A DNA stretch of 64,000 nt from Peribolospora baueri (GCA_029717555.1 JAMDHS010000039.1:124001-188000), one strand, 5' to 3'; counted from the first letter of the stretch, positions 1 to 13,181 are shown. A program made the numbers and translations. Notes: generated from the letters alone by a model not told the origin.

Positions 1-976
1 CTTGACCTGGTCTCACATCTGCGGACGTATAACCTTTTTGATCGCTTTTCATCTCGAACTCTGCTCCTGAGTGCCATGCTGCTGCATGCCCGCGCCAGGC
101 CCTCCGAAGCCCTTGAGACGTATCGCCTCGTCGCGTTCAATGAACGAAGAACTGGGGTCAGCACAACAAGGGACGAAGGTCCAGAATCGCCAACAAGCAA
201 GACGAACCTTGTCCTCGACTCGACTGAAGTGGCCCTGCTTGCTTTGGTTGGCGAGGTGCTTGTGCGTGCTGGAGAGCGAGCCTGGCATGACGCAGACGGT
301 CGGCATCGAGGCGGCCAAGTGTCTATCCAGTCGTCCACCAGTGGCGACGAACGTCCCCTGGAGGAGCTGGTAAAGGACGTCGGAAAGGCATGCGCCGCCT
401 ATGGAAGCAAGAGGTTAGAACTTGCCGGCAAGCTCATTGAAAGCGTGTTGAGAGTGGAGATCCTTGGGAAAAAGTGAGCTTGCAGCGTCTAGCTCTGTCA
501 AAACCTCTCAGTCGCTGTGTCGTGGCTGACGCTTCTCTCTGCTTGCGACAGGGCGCTCCTCGCTGGAGCATTATCGCTCGCTCAATCCTGCTCCAATCAT
601 CACGTAATCGCCTTGCTCTTCGGTCTACTCGGCGGTCTGTTCCTCAACACACGCAACATCGAAGCCGAGAAGATGCTTCAGTCCGGATGGCATCTTGCCG
701 CGCTCATGGGCGGCGCAGCCGATGAAGGGGACAACCGAAAACGTTCGAGAAAAGGCGTAGGGCACGCCCGGCTTGGTCTGTGGATCGGAGAGAACCTTCA
801 AGGCGAGTATAACAGTGGCACTCTTCAGGCGATGCGTCCGTTCCGCTGCTGAGTTCGCCGCACTTGGACTTGTCGCAGTTCTCTACACTCGAACAGGGCG
901 ACCAGAAAAGTCCATTGAACAGGCCAGGATGAATCGCACGCTGGCCCTGGCGCTGAACTCCGCAGAGGACTCGTAG
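1..976 (+). CDS. 3' part of a cohesin-loading factor subunit (MAU2/Scc4/Ssl3-like); gene begins before the window
   Basis: Introns 474-551 (GT-AG) and 803-878 (GC-AG) join a helical C-terminus ...NHHVIALLFGLLGG...EKMLQSGWHLAALMG...VGHARLGLWIGENLQ|VLYTRTGRPEKSIEQARMN*. This resembles fungal cohesin-loader C-termini as recalled. Confidence 0.5.
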
Positions 977-1284
977 CTCTAGCGTTCTATGCGTTACATC
1001 GTCTGTCTGTCCTGTATCTACGCAGATGCGATGAATAAATGCATCTTTGCACACAAACAAGTCTGCTGAGATTCTGATCTACTTCTGCGAATCGCAATGT
1101 GCCGGCCTATGACGCTGGCGACCAAATGGAGCTGCGGCGTACGCGTCCCGTTTAAATGACGCGCCCCGCACCTCGTTTCTGCTCATCACATCCACCCCAC
1201 GTCTTCCGGTTGCGACCAGGATCCCGCCGACCTCTCACTGGGCACTCTGGCGTCGCTCGTGCCTTCCACAGGTCGTGCGGCGAC

Positions 1285-3654
1285 ATGTGGTCTAGCCCTC
1301 CCCGGAAGCGGGCACGTTCTGAACTGCCCGATGCCGAACTCTGCCTGCCTTCGCCCGCTCCCTCGCCGCCTTCGCCAGCCTTACTATCGGCAGATGGTGG
1401 TGGCCCAGACGCTGCGCTTGGTCTCGCTGGGAGCAGCTTCCATGGGATGGGCGGAGAGTACGGTCAGCAAGACGTTTCGTCTCTCCAAAATCTCGTCGCT
1501 GGTTTCGGGAGCTTGTCCGCCTCCCAGCAGACGTCGGTCCTTTATCATCTCCTGCGGCAAACTTCTCGGCCGGTGCTGCATTTCGTCGACAACCTCGTGT
1601 CCCCCTCTTTGCGCCATGACTTCTTCAGAGAGCTTCCACCAGAAATTGTCTCCACCATCCTCTCGTACCTCGACACGAGGAGTCTGTGCCGAGCAGCGCG
1701 GGTCTGCAAAGGTTGGCGATGGATCGTGGATTCAGATTGGAAGGCGTGGCGAGATCGCATGGTCGCAGAACACCTTTGGAAGGGAGACGGCAGCGAGGAA
1801 AGGGAGGTGAAAGAGGTCTTGGCTGAGCGGGAGAGGCGACTAGCTTCCAAGCGTACGACGAATACGCCGTCGGACTCTTTGAGTGGACGGACGCCAGGCG
1901 AGGGTCGGATGAGGCTCGATGGAGACGACAACGCTACCTGGACGCCAACAACTCCACCCTCTATTGCGACGACGTCATCTCAAACATGCCTTTCCGACGA
2001 TACCCCGCTTGCGTTCGTACCGGCCTCACCTCAGTATCCTCATCCACTGAAGACGGTCTATCGACGGCGACGCTTCATGCGAGAAGCGTGGCTCAAACAT
2101 GAGCCGATTTGCTTCCGGTTCCAGGGGTCAGGGCCGGAGGTGGTGACCTGTCTACAGTTTGATGAGGACAAGATCGTCTCTGCCAGTGACGAGGGCAGTC
2201 ATTCCATCGACGTCTTCGAAATGGGTACTGGGCGCTTGCGGCACAGGTTGCGGGGTCACGAAGGTGGGGTGTGGGCGTTACAATACCTTGACAACATCCT
2301 TGTTAGTGGATCGACGGACCGGACTCTGCGGGTCTGGGACCTTGCTAGGTGGGGATTCTTGTTCAGCGGCCGCTGGAAAATTTACTAGACATGTCTTGCT
2401 CATATCTATCGACATATGATCTTTCTCTCTCCACCTACCCTTTCCTTGCAGCGCGAAATGTACCCACGTATTCAAAGGCCACACTTCAACAATTCGATGT
2501 CTACAGATCGTTCTCCCCACGCGGCGTAACGGCCGGATGGTCCCCGATCGTCCCCTAGTTGGTGAGCACGGGAAGTGTATTTTGTTGCAAGATGCATAGA
2601 CTCACGAGCCGAACTCTCATTCTCTCTCCGCTCGTAGTCACCGGATCAAGAGATGCTACGCTCGGTGTCTGGATCTTACCGACGGGAGCCGACCAACCAA
2701 ATCAGCCACTTGTCCTCCCCAGGTCTGAAAACCGCTATCACGTCCGCACGCTTACCGGCCATCTCGAATCAGTACGGGCATTGCATGCACAGGCCGACAT
2801 CGTCGCGTCCGGCTCTTACGACTGCACCGTACGCATTTGGAACTTGATCACCGGGGAAGAGCTGTGGACTCTGCGCGGACATAGCCAGAGAGTTTATTCA
2901 GTACAGCTCGACTTGCGGCGGGAGCAATGCTGTTCCGGCTCTCTGGACAGTCAAGTCAGAGTGTGGAGCATTGAGACTGGCCAATGTCTCCGCGTGTTGG
3001 CAGGTCACCAGAGTCTCGTAGGACTTCTAAGCTGGAACCACAGCTTCCTCGCGAGCGCGGCAGCCGATAGCACGTTGAGGATATGGGATCCGGACACGGG
3101 GAGATGTCGGAAGGTTCTCTGGGGACACACGGGACCAATCACCTGCTTCCAAACGGACGAGCACAAGATCATTTCTGGCTCGGAAGGCGTGCTGAAGCAG
3201 TGGAACGTCAAAGAAGAAACCTCCAGGCAGCTTTTGGACAATTTAGGTATGACTCTCATGAATTGGTCGCTCTGCGCGCGATGCGCGCTCCTGACTAACG
3301 TCTCTGATGGTTTTGGTTTCTCTCGCACCAGCGGCGGTCTGGCAACTCTCTTTTAATGACCGTTACGTCATCGCCGCTGTGCAGCGAGCTTCGCTCACGT
3401 GGTACGAGATCTTCGACTACGGGCCTGTCGACGAAGAGCGTTTCCAGGAGAGCCCATTACATGACGACCCACTACCTCCAGCCCTGCGGGTTTCGGCGAA
3501 ACCGCCGTCCTGTAACCCCCTCAGCGTGGACGCTGCTCGACGAGCGGCCGCCCTGGCGCAGATTCAGGTAGATGAGACCCACGTCGCTTTAGAGGCCGTC
3601 AGAATCTCAAAGTCTGGCGCAGGCGAAGAGCGCGGAGACGCTGTTCGGCCGTGA
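1285..3654 (+). CDS. CDC4: F-box/WD40 SCF substrate receptor, Cdc4/Fbxw7-like
   Basis: F-box DFFRELPPEIVSTILSYLDTRSLCRAARVCKGW. WD40 repeats VVTCLQFDEDKIVSASD, GHEGGVWALQY, GHTSTIRCLQIV, GHSQRVYSV, GHQSLVGLL. Three introns (2349-2451, ~2562-2637, ~3247-3331). Confidence 0.88.
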
Positions 3655-4033
3655 ATCGTCCGACGGCCTTTCACATGTATCCCAGTGTTCAGTCGTATCG
3701 CAGTCATTGCAACGGAGAGTTAGAGATATGTGTCCCACGTCCAAGTTGTGCGTCCAAACACTCCCTACCCTTAACAGCAAGTGAGACAGTCGTGTGCTCG
3801 AAGATGAGGCCATAAGCGCTCTTAGCATGGCTGTGACTGTCCTGGAAAGGCATCGACATGCTCTTGCACGTCACACGGTTTCCATTTCTTCGCCGAGGTG
3901 CGCAAAGGTGGAGACATCTTCTCGCTTTTCTCCTCTCTGCCTCTCCGCCTCTTTCTTGAAAAGGCACGAATTCGAGCGTAGGGAAACCAAGTCTAAGATT
4001 GACTGCTCCAGGCCATGGATGTACCCCAAAGGG

Positions 4034-5901
4034 TCAAAACATGAATTTGGCATTCTTATACCAACCCAACATCGGGTTCTCCCCGTTCCTAGTGCTAGTC
4101 AACTCGATCTCCCCGTAACGCTCCAGAAATTGGCGATGACCTAGGACCTTTGGTAGTCGCGGCGCTTGCAAGGTCGACCATCCGCCATGGCCGCCGCGCA
4201 TCCTCGGAGAGAACAGGCGAGATCGCATGCTGGGAGAAAAGTAGCTAGACGACAGAGCAGTAGCAGGGTTGGACTGGGAGGTGGAACCAAGGGGTTCGAC
4301 TCCAGCCATGACGAGAGGGTACATATCCCTCAGCAGCTCGAAATCAGTCGGGAAGAAAATGTCGAACCAGCCCTGCTGGACCATGTACGTCGAACAAGCC
4401 ACCATATTCTTCTCGTACCGGGTCTGTACCACCGGTCCGTTCACGCCTTCCACAGCTTCTGGAAGCTCTGAGAAGTCGCTCAAAAGCAACCGATGACCAG
4501 GGAATTTGTCCCGGAGAACGTCGAGGAAGAGGAGCAACTTGGTGGGAAGGAACTCGGGCAGGGTGAAATTGGGCCATAGCGGTACTTGCGCAGTCATGAA
4601 ATGCCGAATTGACGGAGGTAGACGACTAAGAAAATAATGCGCCGGCGGGGGTCGTAACTTCGCGCTCGGCCGCACCAAAGACCGAAGGTAGAGATATCGA
4701 GAGATGAGAGGGTCCGATGCTGGTTCGTATAGAGGAACGAAATCCCCACTTGCATCAATCGATACGACCTCTTGGTAAGGCTGGAGCGTCGAGGTAGAGT
4801 AGCGGACGACGTCATGCGCAAAATTGTCCTGGAAGACGCGGACAAAAACAAGAGGTCAAACGTCTGATCGCAAAGTGGGATGCCGACGGCACTGCTCACT
4901 GCAACTTCCATGGCGAGGAAAAAGCAAGGTTCCGGGACCATCTCAGTCCATTCGAAGATGCTCCGGTTGACAAGTTCAATACACCTATGTCGTCCAAGGT
5001 CCCGCGTGCGCCCGTAGCTGAGCGAGTTGTCAGAGCCTCCCATCGATTCCTCCCGGTGCTCTGTCTCGTTCCCAGATAAGCCGTGTAGCCGTCGTTGGAT
5101 CTCTGCAAGACGCGGCGAGATCTCGATGATACGGTATCTGGTGCGCTCGTATACGTCTGGTTCGTAATCCTTGATGTAGTCCAATATATCGAGAGCGAGC
5201 GTGCCGTTGCCGGCCCCCATTTCGTAGATGATCAAGTCGTCGTACGGGTATAGGGACAGCTTGTATTCCGCCACGAGAAAGCGTGCGATCGCTTGTCCGT
5301 AGTATGGCTGTGACAGTTTAAAGTTTTAAGAGGCGATGATCAGCAAAGGCACAGGTCGTGCAACCTAATCCGTCCAGCTGACCTTAAAGAGCTCGGTCGG
5401 TGTATGCCAAACTTGACGAGCTGCTCCATCTTGGCCTTCCACCGCGCGCTCGTGACTCTCGTACCTCTCAGCCACCTTACGCAAAAAATCGGTCTCACTT
5501 CGCATGGAACGAAAATCGAAAGGGAGCTCATCGCTGAAGATGGTCGCTTGAGTGGAAAAATAGCCGTAATGCGGGTTATAAAGAGAGTCGTCGATGAAGT
5601 CTCTGGCGAGCATGCGCACCCGACGCGGTGGGGTACGACGGTTGGAGAGCTCAGCGGCATCGACTATTTTGTGCGTCAGATGATCTTCGGACGAGCTGTT
5701 GCCGAAAATGTCAGCGTTGTATTGATAGCGAGTCTGGCGCTCCTTCCGCTCGCAAGCGATTGATGACGAATGGAGGGTCCTTGAAGAGAGCACTGATCTG
5801 GCCCTCCTCGTTGCTGGTTGTCCCATTGGCCGGGAGCTGCCTATGATAGCTTGCAGGCATGAAGCGCAACGCCGCGAGGCATTGCCTACAACGGCTGCCA
5901 T
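4034..5901 (-). CDS. Mitochondrial SAM-dependent methyltransferase, MidA/NDUFAF7 family
   Basis: RDFIDDSLYNPHYGYFS, VWHTPTELF, IYEMGAGNGTLALDIL, RYRIIEISPRLA, GWFDIFFPTDF. Arg/Ser-rich N-terminus resembles a presequence. Two introns. Confidence 0.85.
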
Positions 5902-6137
5902 CCTGGTGATCGTCTTCCTCCAGTTTGGTGGAACTTGCTCTCGGACGATGGTCGGAAGATGGTTTGGGAAGGCCAATGCGGTGATAGGCGGCTATAAAAG
6001 GCCGATCGATCTGCGGCCTTCCGTTCTTCCTTCTCGCTTCGACAAGCGGGGTGACATGGCTTCTTCCTTCTTACACTGACTGCTGCTCTGCTCATCTCTT
6101 CCCCATGCCTCTCTGTGCCTGCGTTGCTGCGTCTCCT

Positions 6138-8073
6138 ATGAGGGCGGCCGCTCTCTCACGGTCGTTGCACAGCCAGCTCCGCTCCGTTTCTCGGCTCGCG
6201 CCGTCTGTCGTGTCCGCCAGCAGCCATGGCAGACGCACATCTTCGTCCAGCTTTCACTCTTCGGCTCGCCGATTGAACTCCCCGCAGTCACCGTTTAAGA
6301 CGTTCGTGGATACGCTGCGTGAAGAGTTCAGGAAGAGCCAGGAGCTCCAGGATAGCTACAAGCAGCTCCAGGGCGAGGCAGGCAAGATCCAGGATAGTGA
6401 GGCGATGAAGAGGGCCAGAGAGGTGTACGAGCGTGCTCGAGTGAGTCGTGTTGCCTCACTTGGCGGCCTCTTGCAATAAGAATTTACCCAATCGCTAAAG
6501 TATTCCTCATGAGCTGACGAGGTCCTATTATTCACTTCGCCGCCGGGTTAATCGCCAGATCATCTCGTCTATAAAGGAGAACCCTAAACTTCGAGCAGCG
6601 GCAGAAGATCTTAGGAAGAGGGGTATTAAAGTTGGCGACGCCGTCTCGGAGGCGCTCAAGGGAATGGAGGAAAGCGATATTATGCGCGGCGTAAGAATGG
6701 CTTCCATTCTCGCATGATCTGATCATGGCGTGTCGCTGACGTGTGTCATCTTTCTTTGCACCTCGATACGTCCAGATTTCTCGCGCCTCCTCCGCTGTGG
6801 CCGCTCAAATTGCCACGTCCACTGAACCTCTACGTCAGACTGCTGCCTACAGAGCCTTGGCGGACACCGTGAGCGAAGCTTTGGATGACGGGTCGTCTAG
6901 TTGGAGTGGCGGCGGCGTTGACGAAACACGAGAGGCGCGGAGAAGCCGAAGAGAAGGCCGACTGCGAAAGATTGGCAAAGGAAGGGGGATAGGGCTAGGC
7001 GCCCATGGCAGGATAGAAGAGAATCCCGAGTGAGCATTTTCCCTACGTTACGCTGCCGATCAGTCCATTTGAATGCTGAGCCCGAAACGACCTCCCCTCT
7101 CTGCTATAGCGCTGGGCAAGCCCTTGTGGTCAAGCCGGAGTCTGCTTGGGAAAAGTCGTGGAACACGTTCAAGAGCGAGAATCCGCTCATGCGTCGACTC
7201 GGAGCTCTTCGTGAGGTGTATGACGAGTCCGAAAACCCGGTGATCTCCTCCTTACGGTCTGTGACGGAGCGGATCGGCAGCTGGTTCGACGAGAATGAAA
7301 CGGCGCAGGTAACGCGTATCATTCGAACCATGGATCCCTCTTTCAACACGGAGACGTTTCAGCGAGAGCTGCAGGAGTACATCGTCCCAGAGGTTGTGGA
7401 CAGCTACCTCAGCGCTGACCGCGAGAGCCTCAAACTCTGGTGCAGTGAAGCGGTGAGTCTGAATGGGGAGTGGTGTACGCTACTTTGTTCAGCGTTCTGG
7501 ATTCTAGTCAGGACTGTCGTGGTCTGACAGTCATTTCTCTTATTTGATGCTTTCATTCACGCAGACGTACAACGTACTTATGGCCAGTGTGCAGCCCTAT
7601 CTGCAGCAAGGGCTCGTAAGCGACAGCAAGATCCTCGACATCCGCCACATTGAAGTGAGTTTTTGATCACCTACTCTCCAGCAATTTGTCCGTTATTGCG
7701 AGCATGGCGTTGACTCCGTCGCCGCGTGACTTTGCAGGTGGTGTCTGGGAAGCTTTTGGAGAATGACGTTCCTGTCTTCGTCATATCCTTCGCTACGCAA
7801 GAGTTGCTACTCTTTCGGAACGCTATCTCGAAGGAGGCTGTCGTCGGCGCCGAGGATAGGGTCGAGTCGTGCCGGTACGCGGCCGTGTTAACGAGGGTCG
7901 AATCGGAAGTGGCGAACGACGTGACCGGCGGCTGGAAAGTCATCGATGTGAGTTTAAAAGCCTTTTGCTTTCTTTCCGTTATTGTTGTTATTTGTTGACA
8001 TTTGCGTTCGCCTTGTGGTCACTCGGAATATGGCGCACAGTTGGCGAGGCGGTCACAGCAGAGCTTCCTTTAG
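6138..8073 (+). CDS. TIM44: Mitochondrial import inner membrane translocase subunit Tim44
   Basis: Presequence-like N-terminus. SPFKTFVDTLREEFRKSQELQ, DESENPVISSLRSVT, WFDENETAQV, LQEYIVPEVVDSYL, LKLWCSEA, GKLLENDVPVFVISFATQE, VTGGWKVID|LARR. Six introns. Confidence 0.95.
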
Positions 8074-8624
8074 GCTATTGCCACTGATACGTATGTGCCT
8101 ACGGTAGCTGGCTCCCTTACCCCATCACCACCACTCACCCCCTTCATTCAGCACTGTCCGCCGGAGACCTGCGCGGTCAACCTTGGCCGTCTGCCGTTTG
8201 TGTTCTGGTTCTCCTTGTGTTCTGGTTCTCCTGTATTTTGCACTGCCTCGCGTCGTAGAAAGCCATCGATCGTTCCTGACTTCCTCACCGCTGATGTGAG
8301 GAAATCGGGAGAACGGCCCGACTCCGACTCGCCTGTACAGCCTCGCCCACGTGGCTGCGTTGCACCGGTTTGGCCGTGATTGTCCGCGCAAGCCCGCATC
8401 CGGAATCGGCAATTCAACGGGTCGAATCGCCACGCACGGCGGTACAACGGACGGAACGATACAGGCAAACTAACTCATCGTTGCACCCCAGCGTCGCCAA
8501 GACCCTTCTTAGACACCCACCACCAACACACATCCCCTTCCTCCCCTTCTCTCCCTCTTTTCATTCGCCTTCCGTTCACCCAACCCGTGTCCCTACGTCC
8601 CTTCCTCTCAAAGACCGTCCAACC

Positions 8625-9962
8625 ATGAGCAACAAGGACGTGAGCATTCGTGCCCCGTTTCAATTACGCGCGTCGCCGTCGGCGCCACGTCCGAGTCCGC
8701 GTTCCACTCATCTTTGTCGCTTCTATACCGGCTTGCTTTGCTCTTCTTTCCGTGACCGCTCGTCCTTTGCAGTACTACGGTGAGTGGGATGCGCCAGAAT
8801 CGGGCAAACCGAATAATGGATGCGGGGGACAATCATCGCATGATCCTCTAGTTGGCCCGTTCCACTGGCGCTTTTTCGCTGGCCACTCTACTGCCTGGCA
8901 CTTTCACTTGAGTGGATGGGATACCATAGGGGAAGGAGAAAGAGAGGATGGATGGATGGATGGATGGACGGATGGATGGACGGATGGATGGACGGATGGA
9001 TGGACGGATGGATGGATGGGTGGACGGATGGGCAGAGAGTGACGGAGTGACGGAATGACAATCGCTCCGAACGATGACGGCGAACGAAGCATCCGCTGCA
9101 CACGACTCGGTACTCATTCATTTACTCGCCTTCTCCTGCGATTTTGTGAGCAGGTCATCCTGGTGGCGGTTACCCCCCGCAGGGCTATCCTCAAGGCGGA
9201 TACCCTCAACAGGGCGGCTGTGAGCCGAAGTCACCTAATTGTTCTTGCTGCGTGCTGGAGGCCGTCTAAGCTGACTCGATTCGATTCACACCCGCAGACT
9301 ACCCGCCTCAGCCTCAGCCGGTGTGTGATCGTCGGTCTATTCCGTAGTGGTTGTGGACGGGAGTGTAGGCTGACCAAGTTGCACGAATTGCTGTTTCCTA
9401 CATGCCCTTAGGCGTACCAACCGGGTGGTCAGGTATGCAATCGTCTTTTAGGCAGCGCTTCATCCTTAGAGCCGACGCTCACACAGCTATGGTCTTGTTT
9501 ATTTTTGCCTCCAGGGCTACTACCCCCAGCCTGGCCCGCAGCCCGTGAGTTTCTTTCGGATGTCGAGAGCGGTTCAGACGGCTGTGACCCTGACCAGTCA
9601 CGCTACCCATATTCATCAGGTCTACGTTCAGCAGCCCCAGCAGAAGGGAGGTGGTGGTGGCGGAGGATGCCTGGCATGCTTGGTGAGTTGCAGGTTACTC
9701 TCTGTCTGTATAAGAAGCATAGTCGCTGATCACGCGTCATTATCTCCCATCTCAGGCCGGTGCCTGCTTGTGTAAGTTGTGATGAGATTTGTTGGGGAAA
9801 GGCCTACGCTGACCTATAATGGTTCCTCTTTCCCTGAATAGGCTGCTGCGCCGAAGAGTGAGTTAACGCGTCGCCGGTGAATTGTCGAAACGAAGAGGCG
9901 CTGTACTGACCTCCCCCTCTTTCATTTGCCACTCCAGAATGCTGTGCGACTGTCTCTTCTAA
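8625..9962 (+). CDS. Small Pro/Gln/Tyr/Gly-rich protein with a Cys-rich C-terminal membrane anchor (CYSTM family), 93 aa in 10 exons
   Basis: Exons 8625-8639, 8773-8779, 9154-9219, 9298-9320, 9412-9432, 9515-9544, 9620-9682, 9756-9771, 9842-9857 and 9938-9962 are joined by GT-AG introns. They total 282 nt and read [88 protein letters not shown]. Confidence 0.9.
8946..9030. repeat. (GGAT/GGAC)n tetranucleotide microsatellite in CYSTM intron 2
   Basis: Directly visible tandem GGAT units with periodic GGAC variants. Confidence 0.95.
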
Positions 9963-10440
9963 CTTGTCAGCATGACTGCAGGTGTGGTGGAGGTATCTGG
10001 CACCAGCCTGCAATGTGCTTACCGGACCTGAAACGCCGCGCCAACTTCATTCCCCCTTTCGATGCCCCTTTGTACACGACTTGGAATTCCATTTCTACGA
10101 CTGGATGGCTCGAGTGTTCTTTTAGCCATCATGTTTTAATTTTGCATTGGATGTGATCCTGGTACTGCATACCAATTGAGCATCCATCCAACATGCACGA
10201 TCTGATTGACTCGGCTGGCTTTGAGCAATGTAAAGCGGAACGTTTGCGAAGTGGGCACATGAAAAGAGGGGCGGATCGATGACACGCGGCCTTCGAATGA
10301 TGCACGTGATGAACCTTCGGACGGCTGCCGTCTCTTCCAAATTTCGCCACCATCTATCATCGCCACGCCTATTCACTTCGCATCTCCGGCCTTTCTGCTT
10401 CGGTTTAGAACGTCAGCTGCCACCAGATACTTCCCTCATC

Positions 10441-12858
10441 ATGTCCGAGCCGCAACAAGTCTCCGAAAATGCGGCCTGGTACGACGTTGGCCCCGGTCCG
10501 GACGGCGAGAAGATCGTCGATCCAGAGTACTATCAAATACTGGGCGTGAAGGGCAACGCGACGGATATAGAGCTCAAGAAAGCATACAGGAAGGTGCGCT
10601 ATCGTCTCTTCTGAGATAGAGGTTGTCGATTCGCTTCGCTGATTATTTTTTGATCGTTCCTGTCTGTATGTCTAGTTGGCGATCAAGCACCACCCTGACA
10701 AGGTCAGCTGGCATTCTTCTCATCTTCACCCCATAGACCGGAACATTACTAACTCTTTCCGATTGACGGTTGTAGGGAGGTGATGCTGAGACCTTCCAGA
10801 AGGTCGGTGAGGCGTACCAAGTGCTGGCCGACCCGCAAGCGAGGGCGGCGTACAACAAATGGGGCAAGAAGTCGGATGCGGGCCCCGAAGGTTGGTGCAA
10901 TAGTTTACATAAGGATTATATTGACGTCACGCTTTTTGCATGCGTTATGAGAACCGCAAAATTGATGTCTGTAATGCCGTTCCATCTGCACAGTCGCGAT
11001 GCAGGACCCAGGCGAGCTCTTCGGGCAGATGTTCGGTGGCGAGCGCTTTTATGACCTGGTAAGTAATCATTCCCCTTTAATCGGCTTCCCACTTCGTTGT
11101 GCTGGCTCGAGACGAACGGCTATCCGCTTTGTGGTCACAGATTGGCGAAATCAGCTTGGTCAGAGACTTGACCAAAGGCATGGACATCATGATGACGGAC
11201 GAGGAGAAGGAAGAGATGGAGCGAGAGATGCGGAAGCAGACGGTCAAGGAGCAAGGTGCGGACACCCCGACGGCAGAGGCCGCTGCGAATACGCCAGCCG
11301 AGGGCGCTTCCGATCAAGGCTCCCACACCGGAGCTGCAAAGTCGGAAGGGACCAGCACACCGTCTCGGTCCGAGTCTGGAACTGATCTGACTCACGCCGG
11401 AAAGGCAGACAAGAAGGCGGAAGAGGCGAAGAAAAAGGCAGCTCACAGGATGACTCCGGAGCAGAAGAAAAAGCTCGAGGAATTTGAGAGGGAGAAGGAG
11501 AAGGCCACGCTGGAAAGGATCAAGGTACTCTCCGAGCGACTGAAAGATCGCATTCGACCCTTCGTCGAGGTGAGTACTACCCAAATACCGTGTCGTTCTC
11601 GTCTGGCGTACCCACTCCAGCCTATTCTACTTGTTTATACCTTTAGGCGAAGAATCCAGGAGACAAGGACGATCCGGAAACCATCCTTTTCGAGAAGAAG
11701 CAGCGCATGGAGGCAGAAGATCTCAAGCTCGAGTCTTTCGGTGTCGAGGTCAGTCTTTCGTCTCCGTGTTAACCGCCTGAAGATTCGTTGGTGCTTACAT
11801 TTCCGCTCCTTGTCGATGCGATCCAGCTCCTCCACACAATTGGCAACATCTACATTACCAAAGCCACCACCTGGATCAAGTCTCGACGCAGCAACTTCCT
11901 AGGCCTGCCCGGCTTCTTCAGTAAGCTTAAGGAGAAGGGTGCTTTTGTCAAGGAAACCTGGGGCCTCCTCGGCTCGGCGATCAGCGTACAAATGAGCATG
12001 GAGGACCTACAGAAGAGACAGGAGAGAGTGAGTTTCTGTTTGTGGTGGTGGTGGTGGTGATGCATCCCAATTTCTCATCCTGCGCCAACTTGACAGGGAG
12101 ATGTCGACGAGGAAGAACTCAAAATCCTCGAAGCGGACATGACCGGAAAGGTGGATATGCTTGGCATAATGGCCTTCTCTTTGATCGGCCACACAAACGC
12201 CTGCCCTACCTCCTTTGCTTTGCTGGCATCCGTTACGTCGTCCTCATTTAACTTACACTTTGCCACTCCGTCGTCTCCATTCAGATGCTTTTGGCCACTT
12301 GGCGAGGCACTCGGATGGAAGTTGGCCAAATACTTGTGGGTTGATGGACGTCCTATTTCACTCTGGGTTTGGTTTTTGGTTCCGTTTAGTTAACATAGTT
12401 CTCCGACTCGCAGCGCGCCGTTTGCGACAGCGTTTTGAACGAAAGGGGCGTCCCGGATCCCGTCCTACTTAACCGCGCCAAAGCTCTGGTCTTTTTGGGT
12501 GCAATCTTCAAGCAAGTATGTATCGTCTACCGTGTATTTCGCGACGATGTGATAGGGATGTCCTGCATATTCCATGCTATGTATCATTGACTTTTCGTCG
12601 TTTTTCCCTGTCCATGCTCAGGTTCAACCAGATGAGTCTGACGAGGAACGACGGGAGCTGGAAAGGTATGCGTCTGCATGTCTACTGCTTCCGCCAGATA
12701 TAACTGACCGACGAGCGCGTCTCCTCTTCCTCAGGCTGGTTGCTGAAGCGGGCAAGAAGAAAGACAAGAAGAAGGACAAGAAGAACAAATACGGCAGCAA
12801 GCTTTCTCCTGAACCGTCGTCCAGCGCGGCCGCTGTCGGGGACGGGAAGTCGGCTTAG
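10441..12858 (+). CDS. DnaJ co-chaperone with DnaJ-X domain (Djp1/Caj1-like)
   Basis: J domain EYYQILGV...ELKKAYRK|LAIKHHPDK|GGDAETFQKVGEAYQVLADP. Also FGQMFGGERF and X-domain EAEDLKLESFGVE|LLHTIGNIY. About 11 introns. Confidence 0.9.
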
Positions 12859-13181
12859 ACTTCTTGATTTGCTTCATTTTTAATCAGACTTGTTCGAGCT
12901 ACTTTGTGCCTTCTCTTCTTTACTGTTTGCGCTCCCTTTATGGCTTCACTTAGTCTCTTGTCTTGTGATTGTTAGCATACCTCCCCCTTGAAACACATCT
13001 AGACGATGATCGGTGTGTTGCCCAGAAGAAAAAGCTTTAAAGAAAGGTTTAACTGCCAATCGCAACTTGACCATCTAAAAACATCAACAGCGGCGGAATG
13101 CATTTTCGCTTGGCCGAGGGTGGGCCGCCTATACTTCGTAAGCCCTCTCACCAATGTCTTGCCCTCCGTTGTCCTTTCCAG

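Noticed and set aside
8946..9030. Regularly patterned repeat considered as a CRISPR-like or coding (WTDG)n array
   Set aside because: Simple 4-nt microsatellite without spacers, lying inside an intron of a eukaryotic gene.
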